This document shows positions 45,454-54,569 of a DNA stretch of 64,000 bases, piece by piece; the first letter of the stretch is position 1, and each line of letters starts with the position of its first letter. The translations under genes were made by a program, and so were the position numbers. This stretch comes from a virus (lineage: Duplodnaviria; Heunggongvirae; Uroviricota; Caudoviricetes). Location: positions 128,086-192,085 of IMG/VR virus record IMGVR_UViG_3300028666_000001; one strand, 5' to 3'. The notes under the pieces were generated by a model. It was not told the origin of the DNA, made no database searches, and was given only the letters and a program-made list of their open reading frames with translations.

Positions 45454-47992
45454 CTCTTGTACCAAATGTCCTTTAAGCGAGTTGAGAACGTGTGTTCTTA
45501 ATGGTGTTGGCAATCTTCAGACTAAGATTGTCTTTGTAATGGATGCTCCCTCTAGAGAAGATGATTTAGATAAAAGACCCTTTTCAGGTCCTTCCAGTCG
45601 AAAATTAGATAGCATCTTATCTAAGTTCAATATTCATCGAAGTCAAGTATATTTTACCTATGCAACACGATGCAGAGCTAATTTAAGAACAGAGGAAGGA
45701 TTCCGTCCACCTAATTTTGAGGAAATCCAGGCTTGTGCTGAGTATCTTGATAAAGAGATACAAGAGATTAAGCCTCATATCATTGTGCCCATGGGTACAG
45801 AAGCTGTTTCAGCTGTCTTTAATATCAAGAAACCAAAGGTTGGGGAGCTACGTGGTATTGAGGCATGGAGTGATCGATTCAATTGCAAGATTCTACCTAC
45901 TTATAGTACTGGTGCAGTTTTAAGAAATCCAAATTTAGAAGAGGTCATGGTGCAAGATATCCGTCGAGCTATTGAGTCTTCAAAATACCCACAATTAAGC
46001 CAGATCGAAAAAGGGAAATACCTCGTTATTGATAGCATTGAAACTTTTGATGCGTTCTTTGATCGTGTAATGGAGCAGGAAGAAGTATCAGTAGACTTAG
46101 AAACTACAGGTTTTGATTGGCAGAATGATAAGATCATTTGTTGCTCTTTCTCCTGGGCTGCAAATACAGGTGTTTTGCTACCCATCACTAAATGGGTTGG
46201 GGTAGAGCATGAGAAGCTTGTCACTAAGGATAAAAAGGTTAAACGAAAAGGGGTTGTGACAATACAGCAAATTCAGGAAGTTGAAAAGACCCTTGAAGAT
46301 ACCTATCAACCATGGTGGGGTGATAAGCAAGAATATGTCATGAACAAATTCAAAGCTATTATGGAGAGTGACATTAAATTTATAGCTCAGAATGGTAAGT
46401 TCGATTGGAAGTTCCTATTACAAATGGGTTGGAAGCTTAAACCCTTAGCCTTTGATACTCTTTTAATGCATTACTTGCTTAGAGAGACTTCTAAGGGTGA
46501 GCATAACCTGGAAGATATGTCTCTTCAGTACCTTGGTAAAGGTCAGCACAAGAAAGAACTTGATGATTGGTTCAAAGCTAATAAGATGGGTGATGATGAT
46601 AAGAAGAACTATGCAAGAGTACCTACAGATCTTCTATTCTCCTATGGTGCTGCAGATGCTGATGTGACATTGCAGCTTAAGAATATCTTCTTATCACGTA
46701 TTGATGCAGAAGGCATGATGGATTTATTTACTCATTTAGTAATGCCATTAAACTATACCCTTACTACAATGGAGTTTGATGGTTTTCAGATTGATCGTAA
46801 AGCCCTGATTAAAGCAAAGACAGAGCTTGAGAAACAATTGATTGATAAAGAAAAAGAGATCAGAGATATCCTCGTTAAAGAAGGTATTACAGATCCAGTA
46901 GATCTTGATTCTCCTAAGCAATTATCTAAACTCTTATTTGAGACGTTAAAGCTTGAGCCTGTTAAGCAAACAAAGACAGGATATTCAACTGATGAAGAAG
47001 TTATGCTTGTGCTCAAAGACAAGCATCCAGTACCTATGAAGATCGTTGAGTTCCGTGGGATTGCAAAGCTTCTTAGAACCTATGTACTTGGTATTGAAGA
47101 ACGTCTTGATGCCAATGATCGTCTTCATACAAAATTCCTTCAGGAAGGAACAGAGTCTGGTCGATTGTCCAGCCGTGATCCAAACTTCCAAAATTTCCCT
47201 CGTGATTCTAAGTTGATTAAGAACATGTTCGTCGTCGATAAAGGTAATGTATTGATTGAAGCTGATGAAGGCCAGAATGAATTTAGATGGTGGGGGATCT
47301 ATTCTAATGATCCTCAGTTGGTTAAGGATTTGAATGATGGGGTCGATATTCATAGACTAGTTGCTTCATTGGCTAACAAAATTCCTATCAATCAAGTAAC
47401 AGATAAACAACGTCAAGCTGCTAAGTCTATCGTATTCGGGCTCATGTTTAACATGGGTGTTGATAAACTATCTAAAGAACACAATGTTACAGTTCAATAT
47501 GCTGAAGAGGTTAAAGCTATCTTTTTCTCACGTTATCCAGTAGCTAAACAGTGGAAGTATGACATCGTTAAATTTGCACGAAAGAACTATTATGTACAGA
47601 ATCGTTTTGGTCGTGTGCGTCATCTTCTAGCCATTAACAACAAAGATAATAAGGTTGCTTATGCTGATGAGCAGGGAGCAGTAAATTCTCCTATCCAGGG
47701 AGCTGCTTCTGATTATGTGTCCAATGCAGCTAACAGAATTTTTGCAAAGCTCAAAGAGAATGGATTGCATGGTAAGTTGCGTAACCTTATTCATGATGCT
47801 ATTTACGTTGAGGTTCCAAGGTCCGAGATTAAGCAAACTCTTGATATTATGAATGAAGCAATGACAAGACGTATTCTTGGTATCCAGGTTCCATTGATTG
47901 CAGAATTTAAGATTGGTAAACGCTGGGGTCGAATGCATAAATTAAAGAAAAAGACAGTAGATAACATTATTCAAAAACAGGTAGCAATTTAG
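45437..47992 (+). CDS. Family A DNA polymerase with N-terminal UDG-like domain and 3'-5' exonuclease (SPO1-type)
   Basis: C..C.L UDG4 Fe-S motif; VDLETTG, QNGKFD and YGAADAD exo motifs; SGRLSSRDPNFQN, motifs A/B/C. Confidence 0.93.
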   Translation: MTLENNSCTKCPLSELRTCVLNGVGNLQTKIVFVMDAPSREDDLDKRPFSGPSSRKLDSILSKFNIHRSQVYFTYATRCRANLRTEEGFRPPNFEEIQACAEYLDKEIQEIKPHIIVPMGTEAVSAVFNIKKPKVGELRGIEAWSDRFNCKILPTYSTGAVLRNPNLEEVMVQDIRRAIESSKYPQLSQIEKGKYLVIDSIETFDAFFDRVMEQEEVSVDLETTGFDWQNDKIICCSFSWAANTGVLLPITKWVGVEHEKLVTKDKKVKRKGVVTIQQIQEVEKTLEDTYQPWWGDKQEYVMNKFKAIMESDIKFIAQNGKFDWKFLLQMGWKLKPLAFDTLLMHYLLRETSKGEHNLEDMSLQYLGKGQHKKELDDWFKANKMGDDDKKNYARVPTDLLFSYGAADADVTLQLKNIFLSRIDAEGMMDLFTHLVMPLNYTLTTMEFDGFQIDRKALIKAKTELEKQLIDKEKEIRDILVKEGITDPVDLDSPKQLSKLLFETLKLEPVKQTKTGYSTDEEVMLVLKDKHPVPMKIVEFRGIAKLLRTYVLGIEERLDANDRLHTKFLQEGTESGRLSSRDPNFQNFPRDSKLIKNMFVVDKGNVLIEADEGQNEFRWWGIYSNDPQLVKDLNDGVDIHRLVASLANKIPINQVTDKQRQAAKSIVFGLMFNMGVDKLSKEHNVTVQYAEEVKAIFFSRYPVAKQWKYDIVKFARKNYYVQNRFGRVRHLLAINNKDNKVAYADEQGAVNSPIQGAASDYVSNAANRIFAKLKENGLHGKLRNLIHDAIYVEVPRSEIKQTLDIMNEAMTRRILGIQVPLIAEFKIGKRWGRMHKLKKKTVDNIIQKQVAI

Positions 47993-48010
47993 AGCTAATC
48001 ATGTTATACT
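47982..48010 (+). promoter_or_regulatory. Extended -10 promoter (weak -35)
   Basis: TAGCAA-17-TATACT with TG extension; GAGGAG SD downstream. Confidence 0.55.
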
Positions 48011-48029
48011 TTAATCAGAGGAGTTAAAA

Positions 48030-48356
48030 ATGAGAGCAGAAGATTATCAACTTTGGACAGATAAAACAGCACTTTATCCTAGAGATGCAGGAATTGTGTA
48101 TACAACAATTGGTCTTGCTAATGAGGCAGGAGAATGTCTTGGAGTAGTAAAGAAAATGATGCGAGATGATAATAATGTTTTGACTGAAGAGAAACGTACT
48201 AAACTTATTGCTGAGGTAGGTGATGTATGCTGGTATCTCGCACGAGTTTGTACAGAACTTGGTATTTCTATGGAAGATGTGTTTGATCTTAATGTTGCAA
48301 AGCTTGAAGATCGTTTATCTCGTAACGTTATTAAAGGATCAGGAGATAATCGATAA
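48030..48356 (+). CDS. MazG-like nucleotide pyrophosphohydrolase
   Basis: GLANEAGE...VKK..RD, EVGDVCWY, N..KL..R. Confidence 0.92.
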   Translation: MRAEDYQLWTDKTALYPRDAGIVYTTIGLANEAGECLGVVKKMMRDDNNVLTEEKRTKLIAEVGDVCWYLARVCTELGISMEDVFDLNVAKLEDRLSRNVIKGSGDNR

Positions 48357-48850
48357 TGAGTGGTTTTAAAATTTGTACTAAATGTTTAGTACAGAAAGAT
48401 CTTTCTAATTTTGATCCTCGCCCCAACCGCCCTAGCAAATATGATTCACATTGCAAAGAATGTAAATATAAAGTAAAGATACAATGGGAAAAAGATAACA
48501 AAGATCATGTTTCTAAAAGACGTACAAAGTTAAGAAAAGAAAAACCTAATATTTATATAGCTATGGATCAGCGTAGGCATGATAAACGTAGAGATTTTAT
48601 AAACAAATTAAAAGATGTACCCTGTATGGATTGCAATGGAAGATTTTTACCTTTTGTGATGCATTTTGATCATAGAGATCCTAAAACTAAGATTGAAAGT
48701 ATTTCTCGAATGCATTCATGTTCTTTAGAAATGATAAAAAATGAAATAGCTAAGTGCGATATTGTTTGTGCTAATTGTCATGCTGTTAGAACATATAATC
48801 AAATGCAGAATGGTTTACTTCCAAAATTTAAAATTAGAGGGGCAAATTAA
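48356..48850 (+). CDS. HNH endonuclease
   Basis: CTKC, CKEC, PCMDC, FDHRDP, EIAKC..VCANCH. Confidence 0.85.
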   Translation: MSGFKICTKCLVQKDLSNFDPRPNRPSKYDSHCKECKYKVKIQWEKDNKDHVSKRRTKLRKEKPNIYIAMDQRRHDKRRDFINKLKDVPCMDCNGRFLPFVMHFDHRDPKTKIESISRMHSCSLEMIKNEIAKCDIVCANCHAVRTYNQMQNGLLPKFKIRGAN

Positions 48851-49378
48851 ATGCTTGATGTTGTTGTTTATTTGTCATGCCGAATGACTGGTAGATCTAA
48901 AGCTACTATGGTCAAGGAAGCTAAGGATGCTGTCACTATTCTTAATAAATATGGTATTACTTGTATCTCTCCAGTTCTTGAGGAGAATATAGATCCAGAC
49001 CATGAGATTTTAGAGGATTTAACAGAACTTGAATTAGCTAAAGAGTGGAAGAAAGATAAAGATTTTGTAAAAAAGTGCCATGTAGTTTTAGATTTAGCTG
49101 CTGCATCCCCTCTTCGCTCTGAAGGTGCTACGCATGAATATTTATATGCGAGGTACGCACTTTTTAAGCCAGTAGTGAGGCTCTTCCCTAAAGGATTAGG
49201 CGTATCTATCGCACGTCTTGAGAATGGATATATTGTACAAACATTAGATGAGGCTGGTATTGCTATTGTTAATAAATGGGGAACGAGATCAAGGCGTATT
49301 CTATGGCGTATAGAAGAACGTATTTTTTGGAAATGGTTAAAGCTTTTGCCGTTGCAGTTCTTTGGACTTTTTAGATAA
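48851..49378 (+). CDS. Nucleoside 2-deoxyribosyltransferase-like protein
   Basis: VYLS..MTG, D...V..C, S.GA..E..YA. Confidence 0.65.
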   Translation: MLDVVVYLSCRMTGRSKATMVKEAKDAVTILNKYGITCISPVLEENIDPDHEILEDLTELELAKEWKKDKDFVKKCHVVLDLAAASPLRSEGATHEYLYARYALFKPVVRLFPKGLGVSIARLENGYIVQTLDEAGIAIVNKWGTRSRRILWRIEERIFWKWLKLLPLQFFGLFR

Positions 49379-49392
49379 TTAGAGAGGATAAT

Positions 49393-49620
49393 ATGTCAGT
49401 ACCAGCACTTTATGATGTTTGTATTTGTAACCATGAGAGTATGAGCCACGTTAAAGGCACAACAAAGTGTTTTATAAATGTTCCAGTAGGTAGACAAGGT
49501 TTTAGGGGTGGTTTTCCCCTTAATTGGGAAACTGAGAAGTGTAATTGCAAAAAATTTAAATTTAGTCAGAAGAATACTGCGAATCCTAAACCTTCAATTC
49601 AGGGAGACTTAGATGAATAA
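49393..49620 (+). CDS. Small Zn-finger protein (CxCxH..H..C..CxC..F)
   Basis: CICNHESMSH...C...CNCKKF. Confidence 0.6.
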   Translation: MSVPALYDVCICNHESMSHVKGTTKCFINVPVGRQGFRGGFPLNWETEKCNCKKFKFSQKNTANPKPSIQGDLDE

Positions 49621-49906
49621 CATTGAGGCATTTGAAGCAGAAGCTAGGAAACTACTAGAAGAAGCTATCACATTATTGGTTAACAAGCGCAAGGATTATG
49701 GTCCTAATGCTCTAAAAGGTGGGCAGCATGGTATTGCTATTCGCCTGTCAGATAAGCAAGCTCGTCTTGAGAATCTAATGGGTATTACTGATGGTACATT
49801 TAAGCCCAGGGAAGCTATTGTTGGTGATGAGAAGATTGAGGATACAGTGCGTGATATTTTAAATTACGCAATTTTATTCTTAATGGAAGGGAGAAAAGGG
49901 AAATGA
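49613..49906 (+). CDS. DUF1599 / nucleotide-modification-associated domain protein
   Basis: K.KDYG, IRLSDK..RL.NL, E.IEDT..DI.NYA. Confidence 0.8.
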   Translation: MNNIEAFEAEARKLLEEAITLLVNKRKDYGPNALKGGQHGIAIRLSDKQARLENLMGITDGTFKPREAIVGDEKIEDTVRDILNYAILFLMEGRKGK

Positions 49907-50985
49907 CTTATTCATACACATACACCACTGTAACACCAGTTCAATATCCATGCTTTGATGATGTTTTGCTTGAATGCTTATTTTCAAATGTACGTAGTAG
50001 ACAGGATGTTGATCCTTCCATTGATTTCTTAGGACTTAAGCTCTCTTTGCCTGTTACTAATTCTAATATGGACACTGTATCCAGCCCTGGGCTGAGCAAG
50101 GTCTTACATGAATATGGTACGATAAGTTCAATTCATAGATTCTGTACAATTGAAGAAAATGTAAAGACTTTTAAGGCATCTATTCATAATGGGATTACAC
50201 CTATTGTATCAATTGGTGTAGGTAATGAAGAACTTAAACGTGCAGTTGCATTACATGCAGCAGGTGCTAGGATCTTCTTACTTGACGTAGCTCATGCAGC
50301 AAATATTTTAGTTGTAGAAGCATACAATTTGTTATGTAATAATGTAGCTCCTGCTCAATTCATAGTTGGTAATTTTGGGACTAGCAAAGAGGTTGCAGAG
50401 TTTTTAAGTAAAGCGGATCGAAAGCCTGAAGCAATTTGTGTTGGTATTGGTGGGGGTAGCATGTGCCTAACCAGAGTTGTTACAGGGGTTGGAATTCCTA
50501 CTCTTGCATCTATATTAGACTGTGCAGAGATCTGTGATAATGAAGGTATGAAGATGATGGTTAATGGGGGCCTTCGTAATAGTGGGGATATTGTAAAAGC
50601 TCTAGCAGCAGGAGCAGACTTGATTATGCTTGGATCTATGTTTGCAGGTACTGATGAAGCTAGTGGACAAGTATGTGGTACAGAGTTATGTGGAATTGAA
50701 GAGCATGATGGTTATGATGATTTACATAAAGAATATCGTGGATCAGCTTCTTCTCCATCTTATGAGGCTCAAGGTAAGATTGCAACATGGAGAGCACCAG
50801 AAGGTGATTCTACTTGGGTTTCACCTAAAGGGCCAGCAGTAAATGTTTTGAATACTATCAATGGCGGGATTAGAAGTGCTTATAGTTATTTAAATTCTTT
50901 CAATATCCATGAGCTAAGAGCTAATGCGAAATTTAACTATGTAACGTCCAATACTGTACAGGAGAATAAAGCTCATGGCAAATAA
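49903..50985 (+). CDS. IMP dehydrogenase / GMP reductase family (no CBS domain)
   Basis: FDDVLL, SNMDTV, IHRF, DVAH, GIGGGSMC.TR, GG.R.SGDIVKALAAGA, YRGSAS. Confidence 0.9.
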   Translation: MTYSYTYTTVTPVQYPCFDDVLLECLFSNVRSRQDVDPSIDFLGLKLSLPVTNSNMDTVSSPGLSKVLHEYGTISSIHRFCTIEENVKTFKASIHNGITPIVSIGVGNEELKRAVALHAAGARIFLLDVAHAANILVVEAYNLLCNNVAPAQFIVGNFGTSKEVAEFLSKADRKPEAICVGIGGGSMCLTRVVTGVGIPTLASILDCAEICDNEGMKMMVNGGLRNSGDIVKALAAGADLIMLGSMFAGTDEASGQVCGTELCGIEEHDGYDDLHKEYRGSASSPSYEAQGKIATWRAPEGDSTWVSPKGPAVNVLNTINGGIRSAYSYLNSFNIHELRANAKFNYVTSNTVQENKAHGK

Positions 50986-51328
50986 GAAAGTCGTGAAAGC
51001 AAAAGTCTACAGTACCATACCCTCAGTAAAAGCTAAGTATTGGCCTAAGTTTGCTGCACTCATGTCTCAGCAGTTTAACCATGGTGGGCATGAGAAGTAT
51101 AAGCTTCAAGGTTTTGAGGATCGAGAAGCAACGGATATTATCTCTTCAGTCTTTGGTGGAGAGAGTGAGTTCGATTGGATTCTTGGTACAATGACAAAGT
51201 ATATTTTTAGATTCAAGAATTTGCACCGTGAAAAAGATCTCTTGAAGGTTGCTACCTATTGCTATATCCTTTGGCTTAAGCAAGGCAATCATCTAAAAGA
51301 GTTGCATGATACGGATACAAAACGATGA
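50975..51328 (+). CDS. DUF3310/gp1.7-like protein
   Basis: G...KYI.R......DL.K...Y motif. Confidence 0.5.
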   Translation: MANKKVVKAKVYSTIPSVKAKYWPKFAALMSQQFNHGGHEKYKLQGFEDREATDIISSVFGGESEFDWILGTMTKYIFRFKNLHREKDLLKVATYCYILWLKQGNHLKELHDTDTKR

Positions 51329-51455
51329 CTTGGACAGGTATACTTTGTATTATAGTTTCAAGTGCTATTCTAGCATGTGCTGCTGCATGGCTTGAGGATC
51401 ATTTTAAATGTAATTGTTGTGGCAAGCTTTTAAAAGATCACCCACAGGACCCAGA

Positions 51456-52109
51456 ATGATAACAACAGCTCTCCCATCGTATAAGTATCTCATCGAGCAG
51501 CGTAAACTCAATGAAGATACCATACGTACCTTTAACCTTGGGTATGTCTCTGAAACTGGTGAGACATATATAGTAGCTGATTTTACTGGTAAGTTGCCAG
51601 CTATGGACAAAAGGTTCTATCATTCAACGATGTTCCCTATCTTTGATATGTACGGGGTATGTGTTGGAGTGTCAGTTCGCCCATTAGGGCCTACACAAAC
51701 AAAGTATATAAATACTGCTTATGATAAGTCAGAACACTTATATGGACTGTCTATTACACAAGCTAAGTGTCTACAAGAGCAGACAGTCTATGTAGTAGAG
51801 GGTAACATAAGTCTGCTGCAGATGTATCAAGCAGGTATCAAGAATTGTGTAGCTATGCTAGGTTCTAAGTTGTCAGTACGTCAGGTTTGTCTCCTTAGTC
51901 GCTTTGTAAAGAAGATTGTGTTAGTTCCAGATTCAGATAAAGCAGGTATGAAGTTAATAGAAAAAGTGAAAGAGAATATTCCAGTTAAGCTTTACGATGC
52001 TGATGTAAAATTTACATATATCCAGTTACCTACAGGCCAAGATCCCGATGATTATTTTAAAACGAATTCAAAGCAAGATTTTCTAAACCTTCAACAACAG
52101 GAGTTATAA
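51456..52109 (+). CDS. DnaG-type primase catalytic core (Toprim), without zinc finger
   Basis: YL..R, F.LGY, MFPI, KYIN, K...LYG, VVEG, D.D.AG, LP.G.DPDD. Confidence 0.9.
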   Translation: MITTALPSYKYLIEQRKLNEDTIRTFNLGYVSETGETYIVADFTGKLPAMDKRFYHSTMFPIFDMYGVCVGVSVRPLGPTQTKYINTAYDKSEHLYGLSITQAKCLQEQTVYVVEGNISLLQMYQAGIKNCVAMLGSKLSVRQVCLLSRFVKKIVLVPDSDKAGMKLIEKVKENIPVKLYDADVKFTYIQLPTGQDPDDYFKTNSKQDFLNLQQQEL

Positions 52110-52112
52110 TAT

Positions 52113-52679
52113 ATGAGTGATAAAGCATGGTTCGTAATTTCAACACAAGGAATTGGATCTAGAGGAGTTTTTCAGATTCAATCTGTCCTGGATATCCTTG
52201 AATATGAGGGTTTACTTTGGACACCCACAGTTAAGGTTCCTATGACAACTACATTTGGTAAGCTGAAGAGTACAGACAAAACTTTATTTCCAAGCTATGT
52301 CTTTATTAATACCGCTATTAATGATAGTAAACTCGAACAAGCTTTGATTGAAGCTAAGATTGGGCGTTTTCTTAAGTTGCCTGGAGAGACGATGCCTACT
52401 AAGATTTCAGAAGAAGACATTGAGCATATTAAATCCTTAGAAGATAATAATGCAACACCTGTACCAGAAGAGATTATTGCTATCGACGTAGGTAATTTAG
52501 TCGAGATATGCGTAGGACCCCTAATTGGGTTTAAAGGTATTGTTGTTAAGATATCTGGTCATAGTGCGTCAATCGATACACTTATCTTTGGTCGCTCAAC
52601 ACCAGTAAGCGTTAATATTGCACATTTATCGAAATTGACGGAGACTAATCCCAATGAAGAAAAAAAACCAGAAGCGTAA
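52113..52679 (+). CDS. NusG-family transcription elongation/antitermination factor
   Basis: LFPSYVFI NGN motif; KOW G..V.I..GP..GF.G; IFGRSTPV. Confidence 0.88.
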   Translation: MSDKAWFVISTQGIGSRGVFQIQSVLDILEYEGLLWTPTVKVPMTTTFGKLKSTDKTLFPSYVFINTAINDSKLEQALIEAKIGRFLKLPGETMPTKISEEDIEHIKSLEDNNATPVPEEIIAIDVGNLVEICVGPLIGFKGIVVKISGHSASIDTLIFGRSTPVSVNIAHLSKLTETNPNEEKKPEA

Positions 52680-53094
52680 AAAAGAGATAGAAAATATCCA
52701 TGGTGAGCCAGGAACACCACGGTATGCTGATTTCATTGAAATAAGTATGACTCATGAGGATCTTGAAAAGGTTGCTCATGATAATTACGTAGTATTGGAT
52801 CAACTTGCTAATCCAGTCTTGCGAAAGCGTACTGTTCGAAGACAGGAAAAGCTATTAAGAAAATTATTTAAAGCTGCATCTCAAGTATTGACAGATGCAC
52901 AATTTCAAATATTTACAATGCGTTATATCTATCAAATGCCAGAAGATGAAATTTCTCAGCAAGTTGGTTGTGTTCAGAATTATGTTTCTCGTTCTTTAAA
53001 AGCTTGTATTCTAAAGATTCAGAAACGATTACGTGTCGCTGCCAATCTAAAAGGATTTGCAAAGGATCGTAAGAATAAAGATGACCAGAGGTAA
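52654..53094 (+). CDS. Sigma70 region-4-like HTH protein
   Basis: LT..Q..IF.MRY......EI....G..Q..VSR. Confidence 0.75.
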   Translation: MKKKNQKRKKEIENIHGEPGTPRYADFIEISMTHEDLEKVAHDNYVVLDQLANPVLRKRTVRRQEKLLRKLFKAASQVLTDAQFQIFTMRYIYQMPEDEISQQVGCVQNYVSRSLKACILKIQKRLRVAANLKGFAKDRKNKDDQR

Positions 53095-53227
53095 TTGGCC
53101 TTGCAGATATTGCAAACATACTCCTTTGGAATGCGCTTGCTATAGAGCTGATTCAAAATGTAAATGTCCCTGGTATGAGCCTATGACAAATCTTGAATAT
53201 TTGGAGCTGAAACTTGAAACGAAGTAG
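53081..53227 (+). CDS. Small Zn-finger protein with C-terminal TNLEYLE tag (not in ORF track)
   Basis: MTRGNWPCRYCKH...CAC...CKCPWYEPMTNLEYLELKLETK*, translated by hand. Confidence 0.72.
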   Translation: MTRGNWPCRYCKHTPLECACYRADSKCKCPWYEPMTNLEYLELKLETK

Positions 53228-53786
53228 TATTTACTTACGAAATAAACTTTCTGAACGAGAGTTAGAATTACTAAAGAAAGATCTTATAGATCATTCTGTT
53301 TTGGTTGCTCTTAAAATTAAAAATATAGGTTTCCCAAAAGAGCAGATTGAAATTGTAGTTACTAATGCAATTGAGCGAGTCCTTTTTACCTATAAGTTTG
53401 GTAATGGTGGCAGCTTAGGTAATTTGGTAAAGATCCAGGTAATGGCTGATTTGAGGCTTGAATTTGAAAAAGCCTACCCAGATAAGGTTTCTAAGATAAT
53501 ATGGCCTGATTTGGCTGAAAAGAAGCCTTTTGACCGCCTTGTAGAGGTCCTTCAAAAGGTTAAAGCCCTACCTAAGACAGTTGTAGATGATATTTTTGAA
53601 GCAGCAAATGAGATGTTAAATGGAAGACAACAGAAATTGTTGCTGACAGTATATACTACCCCCTCTATTACATATGCTGAGGTTTGTAGGCAATTTGGAG
53701 CTAGAGGCGTAATGACATATAGAGAGATTAAGATAATTTATTCTCAAATTTTACACACATTAAAATTCTTGGAGATTGACCTATGA
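53214..53786 (+). CDS. Possible divergent sigma-factor-like protein
   Basis: Helical; C-terminal L..RQ..L...T..E....G HTH-like segment. Confidence 0.45.
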   Translation: MKRSSIYLRNKLSERELELLKKDLIDHSVLVALKIKNIGFPKEQIEIVVTNAIERVLFTYKFGNGGSLGNLVKIQVMADLRLEFEKAYPDKVSKIIWPDLAEKKPFDRLVEVLQKVKALPKTVVDDIFEAANEMLNGRQQKLLLTVYTTPSITYAEVCRQFGARGVMTYREIKIIYSQILHTLKFLEIDL

Positions 53787-54520
53787 ATGATGAAATCCAG
53801 CCCCAACCAACACCAGAGCAACCTATACAACCTAAAATCAATAAGAAGGTACAGAATCGTAGAGTATTAGAAAAACTTCCTGCTGAAATTCGGGGAGAGA
53901 TGGATGATTATATACGTGCTCAGAATCCAGGAGCAGCCCGTAAATATATGCAGGAGAAGTATGGAGAGCAATTCCCTGCATTAAAAGATCTTGGTAGAGC
54001 AGCTTTTTATTTATATGCAAAAAAGTACAATGTAAAGCTTATGAAAGAAATTGCTTTACAAACAGAGGTTGCTAATACCCCTCCTGAGCTTTTACGGGTT
54101 ATTGAGAATATTGCAGACACATCTATTAGCATTGATGATAAGAAAGCTGCACTTACCTCATTGTATAATGATTGTGCTGCTACCAGTAAGAAATTGGAAG
54201 CTACACAGACTAATTTCCTTGATCCTCAGATACAAATGGTCATATTACAGAACAGAAAACAGATGTGTACGATCATTGAAAAGCTATCTGTATTAAGCGA
54301 ACAGCTATCAAAAGATTCGGATAAGAATTGGTTGGCTGAAGCTGAGGAAATTATGCAGGTTTTTATATCGGCTGTTGTTAATTCCTATAAAATTGTGCAT
54401 CAGGATCAATCTTTATTCTCAAAATTCATGGCTGACTATTTAGATCGAATTACAGGTCTAATGGCAGCTTATAGAGCAACAAAAGAAACGCTTAAAAAAG
54501 AGCCAGTTAAGATCTCTTAA
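53783..54520 (+). CDS. Hypothetical helical protein
   Basis: ATGA-coupled, 245 aa. Confidence 0.6.
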   Translation: MNDEIQPQPTPEQPIQPKINKKVQNRRVLEKLPAEIRGEMDDYIRAQNPGAARKYMQEKYGEQFPALKDLGRAAFYLYAKKYNVKLMKEIALQTEVANTPPELLRVIENIADTSISIDDKKAALTSLYNDCAATSKKLEATQTNFLDPQIQMVILQNRKQMCTIIEKLSVLSEQLSKDSDKNWLAEAEEIMQVFISAVVNSYKIVHQDQSLFSKFMADYLDRITGLMAAYRATKETLKKEPVKIS

Positions 54521-54535
54521 CATCCAAAATAGCCC

Positions 54536-54564
54536 TTGACATTCTTATCTACTCCTGCTATACT
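54536..54564 (+). promoter_or_regulatory. sigma70-type promoter, probably leaderless
   Basis: TTGACA-17-TATACT; ATG 5 nt downstream. Confidence 0.9.
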
Positions 54565-54569
54565 TAAGC

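Noticed and set aside
15160-53786. Weaker tag-like ends (DTLQYLE in 14576; HTLKFLE in 53214)
   Set aside because: They lack the invariant Asn and could be chance matches
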